Part shown: one piece after another, positions 42,500 through 54,034 of the stretch
Position numbering within the stretch: the stretch's first letter is position 1
Layout: the number at the start of each line of letters is the position of its first letter
Source of the DNA: Azolla caroliniana
Taxonomy: Eukaryota; Plantae; Polypodiophyta
Assembly: GCA_043228905.1 (NCBI GenBank)
Contig: JBHGNT010000021.1
Location: forward strand, 682,001-746,000
Length of the DNA stretch: 64,000 bases
Direction of reading: 5' to 3'
Program-made: the position numbers and the translations under genes
Notes under the pieces: generated by a model
Told to the model about the DNA's origin: nothing
Databases searched by the model: none
What the model saw: only the letters and a program-made list of their open reading frames with translations

Positions 42500-42811
42500 G
42501 GGAAAAGTACCAGGATACCCCTGGAAGTTCGTCTATTTACCAGAATGCCCCTGGAAGTTCCAAATTTATCAAACTACCCCTATGTCCAAAAAATTACACT
42601 TTATAAAGTATTATACACTCAAATCTACAAGCCCTATTTACCAAAGATGGAAGAAATGGACCCGAACTAGCCCTATGTACCAAAGATTTGACTGTATAAT
42701 TACTTTATAAAGTGTATTTTTTTGGACATAGGGGTAGTTTGGTAAATTTGGAACTTCCAAGGGCATTCTAGTAAATAGACGAACTTCCAAGGGTATCCTA
42801 GTACTTTTCCC
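42500..42811. mobile_element. Mutator-like MITE with ~115-bp TIRs and perfect 9-bp TSD
   Basis: GGGAAAAGTACCAGGATACCCCTGGAAGTTC... and ...GAACTTCCAAGGGTATCCTAGTACTTTTCCC; TTGTTTTTA at 42491-42499 and 42812-42820. Confidence 0.92.
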
Positions 42812-44005
42812 TTGTTTTTATGGAGCACCACCCTTGGTTTGCAAGTCTAGAAATCTATCACTCCAATGAAATGAGATAGGGTGGAGCTTCATCAAGTTGC
42901 TAGCAAAAAAGACATTGTGAAGATACTATCATACTATTGCCAAAAAGTAATGACATTCAAAGTTGACTAAGAAATAAGAAGTGCTTTGAGGAAAAATTAA
43001 GGACTTTGAATTTGGAGTTGGTTACATTTAAGAGAAATGAACAATTCTCTAGCATTTGCATCCACAAATTATGAAATACAATATTTTAGAGTGCCACATG
43101 ACATGTGTAATGATTCGTCCAAGCTATTGGAAATTTACTTTATGATAGTCTCTATGGAGATGATCTAAACATTTCGACAACCTTCCCCAACATGTCAATG
43201 TAGTGAAATCATACAATGGCAAACTATAAATCACAATCCTCCCGAGTCCCTATGTCACTTCACAAGATAGACATTTTGAATACCCAATTTGTATTTCTTT
43301 ATGTTGCATTTCTAGTCAATATAGGCAATAATACTTAAGACGTAAACATCAAGAAATATATGAAATGAAGTGAGTGCGCATCAAACTATTGTGCCACAAT
43401 AGATATTATATGGCCATTCTTTCCTTTCTTTATAAAAACATGTCCTGTACACAATCATATCGATGAGTATAGACATGACATTTGAGCACACCATCGAGCA
43501 ATGTAAATGTAAAATCTCACGCAATCATATCCTTGACTACACCATGGATCTATCCGATGTTATTTCTGATGTTTCAACATGGCTATAAATCATCAAATTA
43601 TTGGATCTAAATACCCTAGTAGACATAGATGTTGTCCAAAGCATTTCAAAAAGGGCTGCTTGCTCTTTTCTTTGTTCCTCATGCCCTAAGGTATGGTAGG
43701 ACAATAATTATTACACATATCCAAATGGGCTTGAATAGAAGTTTTGACTAGATCAAGAATAAAATCAGATTCAGACCTTACTCTTGCAAAAACAGGGAAA
43801 AGCATGATTTTCCCGCTTGCTAGATGGTTGGCAATAATTTAAGCATGTACTGGGTCCGGTTCAAAATTTTCAAATATGCTGCAAATGGGCACACTGATCA
43901 CTCCTAGCATTAGATCATGTGCATAGCAGCCTCCATGGATCGCAGGCTCAAGTACTGGGTTGTATCTAACCTGAAGTAAAGCTTCTCTCTCTCTATCTTC
44001 CTCAG

Positions 44006-47000
44006 TTATTCAAAAGGTTGGAGCTCATATGTTGCAACAGAATCTAGTATCCATATGTGACTAACGACCTTTGACCCCACGATGCCTGCATATGATTTGG
44101 CTTCCACGTACCTTGCCTTAATCACCTCATCTCTATACCTCATTTCATCATTAGATACATCCTTGCTATAAACTATTACATCTGTCCCCCCAGAATCCAT
44201 GTCCATAGCATCTGGGATAATGCTGAGAATCTCCCCCCCTCCTGCCTTCAAGAGAGCTTGCAAGTCAGCCTTATAAGTACTAATGAAGCTCCCCATAAAG
44301 TAGAATCGAAGGCCTTCGAACAGCCGGTATGCCTGAATCATGCAAGACTCAAGAACTTTAGAGCTACCCTATCATACCATGTATAAATCCATGTATATAT
44401 GCCTCTATACCTTCACAAAGGCCATGCCACGGGCATGTCTAGGTCCCCCTATCATGCCATGAACGTCCTTGCTGACTTCATACGGTTCTTCATTAACATA
44501 TTTACTTGCTGCCATGCACGCAGACAACCCTACAAAATAACCATGACCAATAGGGGTTCAGGCATGGAAAGACATGACAAAAGACATAACATGGCATATG
44601 AACAAACAATGTCTTTTTGAACAAAATGCCATGCACATGAACATACAATCAATTTTCAACCCGTTGGTTCCTCTCCAAAGACACAAAAGGTGAGTAGCTA
44701 AAATAAAATAGGGGTTCAGGCATGGAAAGACATGACAAAAGACATAACATGGCATATGAACAAACAATGTACTTTCAAACAAAATGCCATGCACATGAAC
44801 ATACATTTAATTTTCAACTCGTCGGTTCCTCTCCAAAGACAAAAAGAAAATAGCTAAAATAAAATGGCAAAAGAACATACAATCAACTTTCAAAATCCAT
44901 TTTCCTTCCAAATTTGCCATCAGATACTTGAAGGTTCTTCTAGCAGCTCCCATTTCATCAGTACCACAGATAAGATGAGTGACACGTGGAGACCACATTC
45001 TCTCTACTATGACTCCTGTACGACGAACAAAAGTAGCCAACAACTCCTGCAGAATAAGAAAAACACAGTATCAATATTACAATCACAAAGTAAAGTGAAA
45101 TAGGTCACATTTGTTGAGATATATATTTAGCAAAGTGGATGATTGTACATTTGTTTTGGCGTTCAACCCAGAAGCACAAAGAACCCATTTCGATGTCGGC
45201 CATTTCATTGCATGTTCTTCCATTGTAGCCTCAATCTTCACAGAACACAGAGCTGCGGCTTCTGTGTTTGGCACATACACTTCAGGTTGTATTTCGCAAT
45301 GAATAATTTTCTTATTCAGAGTGGAAGTTTCCATTGTTGGTACATAGACTTTAGGCATGTATTCACATTGAAGACTTTGATGTTCATTTGGTGTAGAAGC
45401 TTCCATAGTTGGAACATAAACATCAGAAGAAAGACTGATCTGATTATGAGTTACTGTTTTTGCATTAGATGCATAGCTATCAGGATTGTAATCATTAGGG
45501 AAGCACGTATCGTTCCTCTCAGATTCTACCATAGCAGATTCAAGGTTGTTTGAGAAGCATGACTTAAATCCCTTGAGACCTTCATCAGGGAACTTTGAAC
45601 CAGAGTGCTCTGGGCAAAGTACCAAGAAGTTTCCCTGCATAAATGTTTAAACACATTCCAAAGGGAAATTTAATCTAAATCTGCAAGATTTGACCGATGG
45701 TATTTGCGAAATAAAGAGAACTTAGAGGCATTATGCGGTAATACAGAGAACACTCAAGTATTATTGAGTTTTCCCAAAACTAGTAATCAGAACACCATAA
45801 ATACAATGAATGTAATCATGAAACTTACCAGATCCCATCTGCATGGAAGGGTCTGGGCACATGGATAATGGAAGCTTTTTCTGCATCGTTTTACATAACA
45901 ACCTAAAACAGCGCCTCTTAACCCACATACGTTACACTTGATTTTATGTCCCCGAACTACTTCTTGTGGTACATTTTTTGCAACTTCGTCTTCATAATAT
46001 ACACCAGGTGCCCTGTAGATGGCAATTCACTAATGCTTTAGTGCCCAATTTCCCTTCACCCTCTAAATTGTAATAACATGTTGGCTTATGTTAATAAATT
46101 GGCCATATGAAAAATGAATAACACAGACCATTCTGCACAGTTTTTGTGCACACAAGATATCTTCCCAGTCTTTTTCCCTCCAAGATTGACAACAATTGCT
46201 TTCTTGTAATTAATCATCGTACCTGCAACCTTTTAGTACAAATGGGAGTTAAGCATCAAATATGTTATAGCAAATTGATATATCATTGCTGAAAGAGTTC
46301 AGAGCTTACCAGAGAGTCACTTTTGTGACAAAAAGCACAAGTTCCACACTCAGCATTTGAATCCACAACCTTAGGCACAGGGGTTTCATTATCATCACCA
46401 CATTGAATCATAGAGATACCATCTGCTCCAGCTCTTGAGACTTTTGAAACATTCAGATTAAGAAATTTAGCATATATGCATTCAAAAAGTACTGCAAATA
46501 ATACCCCAAACATAAATTTGCTATGTAACCTTGAGGAGAAGAATCATTTGAGTTTAGTTTATCCAGCTTCAGTTTACTCAATTTTGAGTCAATTCTGGCC
46601 GAAGGCCCTGTGATTCCACTACTAGCTGTGAATCTTTCCTGGAAATATACTCATATTAAGTCATTAGGATGACATTGTATACAAACGGTATTAGGTATGT
46701 AATTTGAATGAATAGATAATTAAGAGATAAAGGTAGAATTAGCATACTCTTGTATATTCTTCAGATTGTGCAGTTTCTTGACCTTCTGCCTGGCTTCCCA
46801 TACATGCCAACAAGCTTGATTGCTCAACACCACCGTGACTCTCATGTTGCTCAACAACACAATCCTCTTCTAGCATTTGGACGTTATCCTTACTAGATAA
46901 CATCGGAAAATCTTCCATCTTAGTTTGAATACCTACTAAACCACTGTTACATTTACGTTGATCTATTTCATTTGCATCAATATCATTAGCTAATGCTGAA

Positions 47001-50000
47001 TCATTTCCCAAAGCTTTGTGTTTCCTTTCCAATAGAAGTAGGTCATGCATGTCACTTGGCAAGGGAGGATAGGGAAGGTGTATACGTTTAGGTGCTGGTA
47101 AGATTCCTCTACATGGAACACCCCCAGAGGGCAATGATCTCTTTTTACTTCCAAGTTCAGTTGTATTCAGAGTTCTATCGGATGGACTTTTTATCATCTC
47201 ATTCCATCCTTGCCTCTTCACGTCAGTTGGACTCATACAGGCATTCTCAGTATTTGCATGGAAACCCATTCCCTTCTCATCAGTATAACTTTGTTTCTTT
47301 AAAACAGCATGAAATTGTGTTCCTGGTGAAAAAACAATGTAGCAACAAAACTTATTATACTATCTAAACCATAAGTTATTCATAGAAATTTCCAAGATTT
47401 CATTTACTGCAAGAAATCCTAGTTCTTTGTAAACCTTAAGTCAGTTTCCAATCAGGAACATTAATCATGTGTCCGAATCACATTGGTGGTGCGTTTTTTT
47501 TTACACATATAATCACCCATATTTTCCATTCAGCATCAATAATGACACATTTCAATGGCCTTCATGATGCAAATCTATTGCACATACACAGATATCCATA
47601 GTTTACATTAACAGCATGGTTCTATAGCAATCATAAGAAAAACTAATCCATCGCAGTTGTCTATACAAGTGGAATTGAGACCAAGTGCAATCCTTCATAT
47701 TCAGTGTAAAGCTATCAACGCACTGATATGTAGATCAAAAGCAATACTCCATTGTACAGTAGATCAAATATTTCAGAACTGCCATCAAAAACTTAATACA
47801 GAAAAGTCAACACTACGTTTTTTTGTAGAAGGCATTGTCTTTTACAACAATAATGTTTACAAAAGTAAAATGGTCCAATTGGTTTATCTCCATCTCAAAT
47901 TTGACTCTGAATCACATTGAAGTGATACTCACATTTATGTTCATAGCCCTCAAATATAGGTGGGGAATTTAGATTCTTATAAGTTACGTATAAGCTCTCT
48001 TAATTCATAAACAGATACTTACTTGAATCCTTGAGATTTGTGACCTCAGATAAGCAAGATCCTATACTAGCTTCTTCGATCTTTCGGTACACATCAACAA
48101 TATCATTGACATCAGGTGAGACCTTTGCTTCTGATTAAAAATTAGCATCATGTTAGGATTTCCTATGAAAATGCCAAGGTTTCTTTTCCTTCCGTCATGA
48201 ATCATATTATAAAGCAAGTATATCCATATGTTTCTTACGTCTCGATGTGGCCATTTGTTTGCACTTTGGGCAAGCCGATATTTCCTTCATTGAGTGGAGA
48301 AGACATGACCTAAAAAAACAACGCATTAGAAACAGTGTCCTATGTGTATAGTAAGTGTCGAATGCTTAAACTGTTAGGGGTTCTTCTTTACATGCAGAAG
48401 TGATGGTTACAAGGAAGGCATGCTGGTCTCTCCAGGACACCATGGCTGAAAGAAAACAAGGGAAAAGTTCAAGATTAGCATCCAGTTTAGATACCGTAAA
48501 TACATTAGAAATATATGACTGAAGGAGATTTTGGGGGGATTGGTGTTGAAATCATGCAAAAATTATATAGCAGTACCAAACAATTTAAAAACTGATACAA
48601 TTAGGCTTGAATGAAGCTAGAAAGCAAAGAGATTAGACTGAAAGGGGACAAAGAAAAAGGGTTTCAACTGTTCAGGTAGGTAAATGGACAAATGCTAGAC
48701 TTTCATATAGCTAAGAATAGACTTACAACTGTTCATGCAGTGAGACCTACAAGCACAAGGCTTGAATGAATCTGAACTATAGGGCTTAAGATGTTTTGCA
48801 AGGAAATATACAAGGATTAGGCTTCAATCAAATTAAAATGTAGATCTCTAACTGCTACTCCAGAGAGACTTATAAAGATAAGCCTTAAATAAAGCTAAAT
48901 GCATACTGTTAATCGAGAGATTAGATTGATTCAAAGCTCAAAATGGGATTTCAATAGTTCAATTAGGGAAATGTACAAATATTAGGTTTGAATGAAACGA
49001 AGAAGTAAAGATTCAACTGTTAATTCAGTAGAAAGACAAGGAATCTGCCTGAATCAGGTTAAATACAGGATTTAAACTGTTCAACCAAAAGATATGCAAC
49101 AATTAAACTTTATCGACACAACCAATAGGATATCAAGTGCTCAACTATAGAGAGCTTCAAAGAATTAAGTTAACCATAGGACAACAGTTCATCCGGGAAA
49201 TCTCCACCGATTAGGCCTAAATCAAGAAAAATATTGTATTCAAAGGTCTGTTTCAAAGATTACACTGGGATCAAGAAATAAAAAAGATTACATATCTGTT
49301 TATACAGCGAAAATATACAAGGTTAGGCTTAAAATCAAACAAAATATAGCGTTTCAACTGTTTATCCAGGGAGATATGCAAGGATGTGGTTTGAATCAAG
49401 TAAGATAGATTATTTCAACAGTTCAATTGTGGGAAACTTTGGTTTTAATTAAGGAAAGGTGTGTTATTTGAACTGTTCAATTCAAGGAGATACGCAAGGA
49501 TTTGATATTATTCAAGCTAAAAATAGTTGGATTTCAACTGTTTATCAAGAGAGATATGGGAGATTCGGTTTTAATCAAGACAAATTACATTATTTCAGCC
49601 ATTTGCTAAGCTTCAATCGAGCTTATATATAGAGTTTCAACAGTCGTAGCTAGGGCTATGGACAACAATTAGGCTAGAAAGAAAGCAAATAATGTTTCAA
49701 CTGTTTACCCAGGAAGATATGCAAAGATTTCGTTGGAATCAAGAAAAAGTATATTATTTCAACTGTTCAACCACAGGAAATCGCCACGGAATAACAAATG
49801 GAACTTGAACTGTTCTCTCAGAAGATATGCAATGGTTAGGATTGAATGACGAAAATATAAGATGCCTTTTCTTTGGAATACCACCAAGTATTAGGCTTGA
49901 TTCACGTTTAAAATAGGGCTTTAACTGTTCGTTCACAGAAAAATACAAGGATTAGACTTACATTTAACTATTTATCCGGGAGATATGCTAGAATTTTGCT

Positions 50001-51338
50001 TCAATCGAGGCAATGTTGAATTTCAACGGCTAAAGCTTGGGGATGACCAAGAATTAGGCTTGAATGGAGGTAAAAGAATAGAATTTTAACTGTGCATCCA
50101 GAGAAAATATGAGGATGAGTCTTGAATCGAGCAAAACAGCTAGAATTTCAAATGATTGTCGAGGTATATCCACAAGTATTAGGATTAAAAGCAAGCAAAA
50201 TGCAGTAGTTCAGATGTTTACCTAGATATACATGGAAGGATTTGGTTTGAATCAAGGAAAAATATAGGATTTCAACAGTTAAGCAATGAGAAATGGGCAG
50301 TGATTAGTCCTGAACCTAGTTAAATTATAAGGGTTTCATGTTTTCATCCAAGGATATCCACAATGATCAGGCTTGAAATCAAGCTAAAAAATAAAGTCAG
50401 ATTCGAACTGTCTGTCCGAGGAAACCTAAGAACATTAGGATTGAATCAGGCTACAATCGTGGTTAGATAATGACCGGACTAAATTGTTCACTCAGGAGAA
50501 TCTGCAAGCTAAGTTAATAATAGAGATTAGACTGTTCGGTCAATTCAGACAGGAGAACCTGCAAGCTAAATTAATAGTAGAGATTAGACTGTTCAGTCAG
50601 TTCAGTCAGAAGAATCTGCAAGCGAAGTTAATAATAGAATTTAGACTGTTAAGTCAGTTCAGTCAGGAGTATCTGCATGAGTTATGATTGATAACAAGGC
50701 AACAAAAGTATATACATATTTATAGGATTTCCATGTAAATGCAGATACCTCCACAAGTTTTCAGGAGATCCATAACTATTGGATCTGAAATTACGCAGAT
50801 ATTTAGGGTTTGTCAATGTTCATCCGAGTTTGAATGCTCATTCAAACAAAAAATATAGAGTTGCAGAGGCATGAATTGAGAGTAAAAGAAAAGGCATAGG
50901 ATTTCAGCTACTCAATGAAAACCAACTCTATGAGTCTTGATAAATGCTTAGGATTTTCACTATGAAGATAGCAACGAAAATTATCTCAACTGTTCATGCA
51001 GCAAAACCGTAGCAAAAAATGTAGAAATAGAAGAAGTTATTTGGTTGCAATGAATGCTAGAGAACGTTCCATTGCTCAGAATATAAAGCAAACATTTAAG
51101 AAATGTGAGGCTAAAGGACATAAAAGTACAGAATACTGGAGAAATTAAATAGACTAGTAGCTAAGATTAAAAACCAGAACGAATGCTGATAATTACGATT
51201 AAAGAAGACAATATTTGCTTTGAGGTTAAACAAAGAGAAGCATACATACCAGATGGAGCAGGAGAGCAAATTCTTGAGCCGAAAGAGATGGAGGTGGAGA
51301 TCTGAAGTAGGATGCGAAGAGGGGGGTGAAGAAGCCAT
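44006..51338 (-). CDS. Plant BRCA1/BARD1-like protein (RING, extended PHD, two BRCT), ~13 exons
   Basis: RING split over exons: LSCSIC|HGVLERPACLPCNHHFCM|SCL..CPKCK. ePHD: CAFCH..CHKNCAEW|APG..IKCNVCGLRGAVLGCYVKRCRKSFHYPCA..CRWD|..LCPEH. BRCT1: WVLCASGL..VTHLI..ARRTFKYLMANLEGKWILKVDW. BRCT2: LFEGLRFYF..LLKAGGG..WILDSVA. Confidence 0.9.
44549..44864. repeat. 158-bp tandem duplication in a BRCA1-like intron
   Basis: AATAGGGGTTCAGGCATGGAAAGACATGACAAAAGACATAACATGGC... starts at 44549 and again at 44707. Confidence 0.9.
48595..51000. repeat. Degenerate ~55-65 bp tandem array in BRCA1-like intron 1
   Basis: Recurring TTAGGCTTGAATCAAG..TTTCAACTGTT..GGAGATATGCAAGGA; TTTCAAC(T/A)GTT-like motif at 49352, 49413, 49467, 49532, 49593. 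A more homogeneous 57-bp subarray lies at ~50485-50680. Confidence 0.85.
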
Positions 51339-51640
51339 GGATTTGTATCAGAGACCCGGGAAGAGGAGGAAGGGGGAGGTGATGAATCGAGGAGGAGAAT
51401 GGTGTATCAGGAGAATCGCAGAGATTGAGGAAGCCTGATTCAAGTCTTTCAATTCTTTCTTGTGGGAGGGGGGATTCAAAAGTTTGAAACAAAAAAAAAA
51501 AAAAAAAAAAAAAGCAAAATCCCCTCCAAAAAAAAAGCAAAAAGCTCCGAAAGGGAATTTTCGAAATGAGTTTTTTCGGAAGGGAAAAGGATTTTGGATT
51601 TTGGATTTTGGATTTCGGATTTTGGGAGCCCTCCAAAAAT

Positions 51641-51684
51641 GCGCGAATTAGAAAGAAGAAGAAAAAGAGTGGGCAATTTCCCGC
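51641..51684. promoter_or_regulatory. Two E2F-type sites upstream of the BRCA1-like gene
   Basis: GCGCGAAT (51641-48; reverse complement ATTCGCGC) and TTTCCCGC (51677-84) match WTTSSCSS, ~300-350 bp upstream of the ATG. Confidence 0.6.
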
Positions 51685-51937
51685 CCACTTCTTCTTAGAA
51701 CTCTCTCTCCATGGGTCAATATTGGCCTCTCTCTCTTTCTCTCTAATGTTTTTGTCATAGTTAGCTTACCCTAGTGATAATTTATTACACTACAAGCACT
51801 ACAGTCTTCGGTTTAAAACCCAATTTTCTCACCTCTCCATGATATACTTCGTACGTATCTCTTAATTCACTAGATGCCACTATGGAATGTATGGGCCTCT
51901 TGCTCGCTATTGGGCAACCTTACCTAACTGAACTCTT

Positions 51938-51978
<41 letters not shown>

Positions 51979-53398
51979 ATAAGTCAATTGTCCTGAGCCC
52001 GAGAAACCGCCCCCACACCAACCTCTCTTATGCATACCGATTCAACCCGTCCTCCTTGGGCCTCTCTTATGCATACCAATTAGATTGCCCCCCCAAGGAT
52101 GCATGGATTTAGGAGGCCCTCAATCCATGTGTCATGCCCATCATCAAAGACAGAGCAAGGTAGTGCCCGTGAGCAAACCCGTGAGTACAATTTGCTTGAC
52201 ATAATAACTGAGATATATACCTACGAGAACCCCAAGGGGCAACGACTTGAGGATCTTGCCTTTATATCGTTGTAAGTAGAGAGTCTTCTATCTAACATAC
52301 GCATGTCTTCCACAGCTTTTTTATAAGATTCTTTGTTACCTTTTCTCTACGAAATTCGGGTCATGAATACGCATACGTGTTCTAGAAATCAGTCAACTGA
52401 TTGTGCTTGCTTCTTCCAGCAACGGCTGAAACTAATGCTTGGTCGAAATTTTGGAGCCCCCCCCCCCTTTCCATGTGCAGTTTATTGAATGTTAGAATGG
52501 TGGGCATGCAGTGAGATGGTCACCCCTTAGGTTTTCGAGATATGTCTTGGTTTTTAACATTGACTTAGACACGAGGACCCTCTAACTTCAAAGATGTATA
52601 CAATCTTTCAATCAACTCATCGACATTGGAGGAAGTGAGGGGGAGGTAAAACCCAAATAGCGACCATAGATATGCATTTTACCATGGAGTGATCGTTAAT
52701 CTTAATTAGAAGCAAGATCAATTATACATCCGGTCAAATCGAGTTTATTAAGTAGTACATTGAACTAATAAAGTGTCTTTGATTGGTAAGCTCATAAAAT
52801 TATATTCCACCTTATGTTAACTAAAGTAGAGTATATCTCTATCCCATTCAAACAAATAGAGTGTGTTCATGAATGGCGTTTCTTTTAATCCTTCTAGGGC
52901 AATACATGATATTGTGCACTCCATGAGCATGCATAACATAAAGAGGTAATAATACTAAAAAATATAGTTCGAACTAGCTACAACAAAGAAGGTTTATTCA
53001 TAACAATATGTAGGACATACAAACTCATACAATAAGAGGGTTCGTATGTAAAGACTTTGGAGTTCAAACGAACACATTCCGCCCAATGGATTGATTAGAA
53101 ATGTGTTAAATACATATTTGGAAACTTGGAGGAATGTAAGCTAACCAAGGGTCATGGGTTCAAATCCCGATTAGAGTTGTCAATGTGAAATCGCAGAACA
53201 TTATAGAAACGCAATGTGAACACGGAAGATCATAAGCGCTAAAAGAGGGTGAAGCGTTTTGGATAGAAACGTACAAAAAAAGCATATATGTTGATAGAAA
53301 CGCACAAACAGCCCCTCACAAAAAATATCTCTCCTATATATGAAGAAGTTGACAAGACTTGTACGTAGCAAAAACAACGTGAAGATAGCAAGGATAAG

Positions 53399-54034
53399 AT
53401 GATGATGAAGATGAAGACCAATATTGTATTAGCCTTAACCTTATATCTATGGACTCTGTCCACATCGTTGTCGGCGGCGTCATCAACTCTATTGGAGAAG
53501 ACTCCGCCGTCTCAAATCGTTGTATATCTCCACATCTATCGCAACATAAACTTCGTCGAGTTTGCTAGCACAAACACGAGTGCCATTGTCGCGGGGTCCA
53601 ATGGCTCATCTTACACACCTGTCGATGGGATATTGCGTGCCATTGATGTCCCCATCTCGATGAACCCGAGCCCGAGTTCGAAACCCATTGGAGCAGCACA
53701 TGGGCTTGCGTTCGAAGTATTCCCAGGATCAATCAAGTCGGGATCAAGTGGAGGAATGGGGTCAGACGCCTCAAGTATATACCCGCCAAGCCGTGAATCG
53801 CTTTTCGAGACTATAGAATACGATGATGGTGAATTCCAAGGCACGATCGCGATACACGGGCAAATGAGTTTCCCACCAATGCCCGATGATGAGGTGGCGG
53901 TGGTGGGCGGGACACGATCGTTCCGGTGCGTCCAAGGATATGGCCTCCCTTCACTCTTGGGCGGCTCATCAACCACCCCATATGTCCTCTTCCGGTGGGA
54001 CCTTAGACTCTTCTACCCCCCTCATTGCAAATAA
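53399..54034 (+). CDS. Dirigent-like secreted protein, single exon
   Basis: Hydrophobic signal peptide; motifs VVYLH, GILRAIDVPI, SKPIGAAHG, FQGTIAIHG, EVAVVGGTRSFRCVQGYG; TATA-like CCTATATAT at ~53333. Confidence 0.85.
   Translation: MMMKMKTNIVLALTLYLWTLSTSLSAASSTLLEKTPPSQIVVYLHIYRNINFVEFASTNTSAIVAGSNGSSYTPVDGILRAIDVPISMNPSPSSKPIGAAHGLAFEVFPGSIKSGSSGGMGSDASSIYPPSRESLFETIEYDDGEFQGTIAIHGQMSFPPMPDDEVAVVGGTRSFRCVQGYGLPSLLGGSSTTPYVLFRWDLRLFYPPHCK

Noticed and set aside
48595-51000. CRISPR-like repeat/spacer reading of the intronic array
   Set aside because: Eukaryotic intron, repeats are degenerate, the linkers are homologous to one another, and there are no cas genes.
24058-51338. Cyclin A and BRCA1-like gene as a functional cluster
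   Set aside because: They are separated by an unrelated ABCG gene, and proximity alone is not evidence of co-regulation.
53130-53175. tRNA-like B-box GGTTCAAATCCC
   Set aside because: No cloverleaf or clear A-box; at most a decayed tRNA/SINE fragment.
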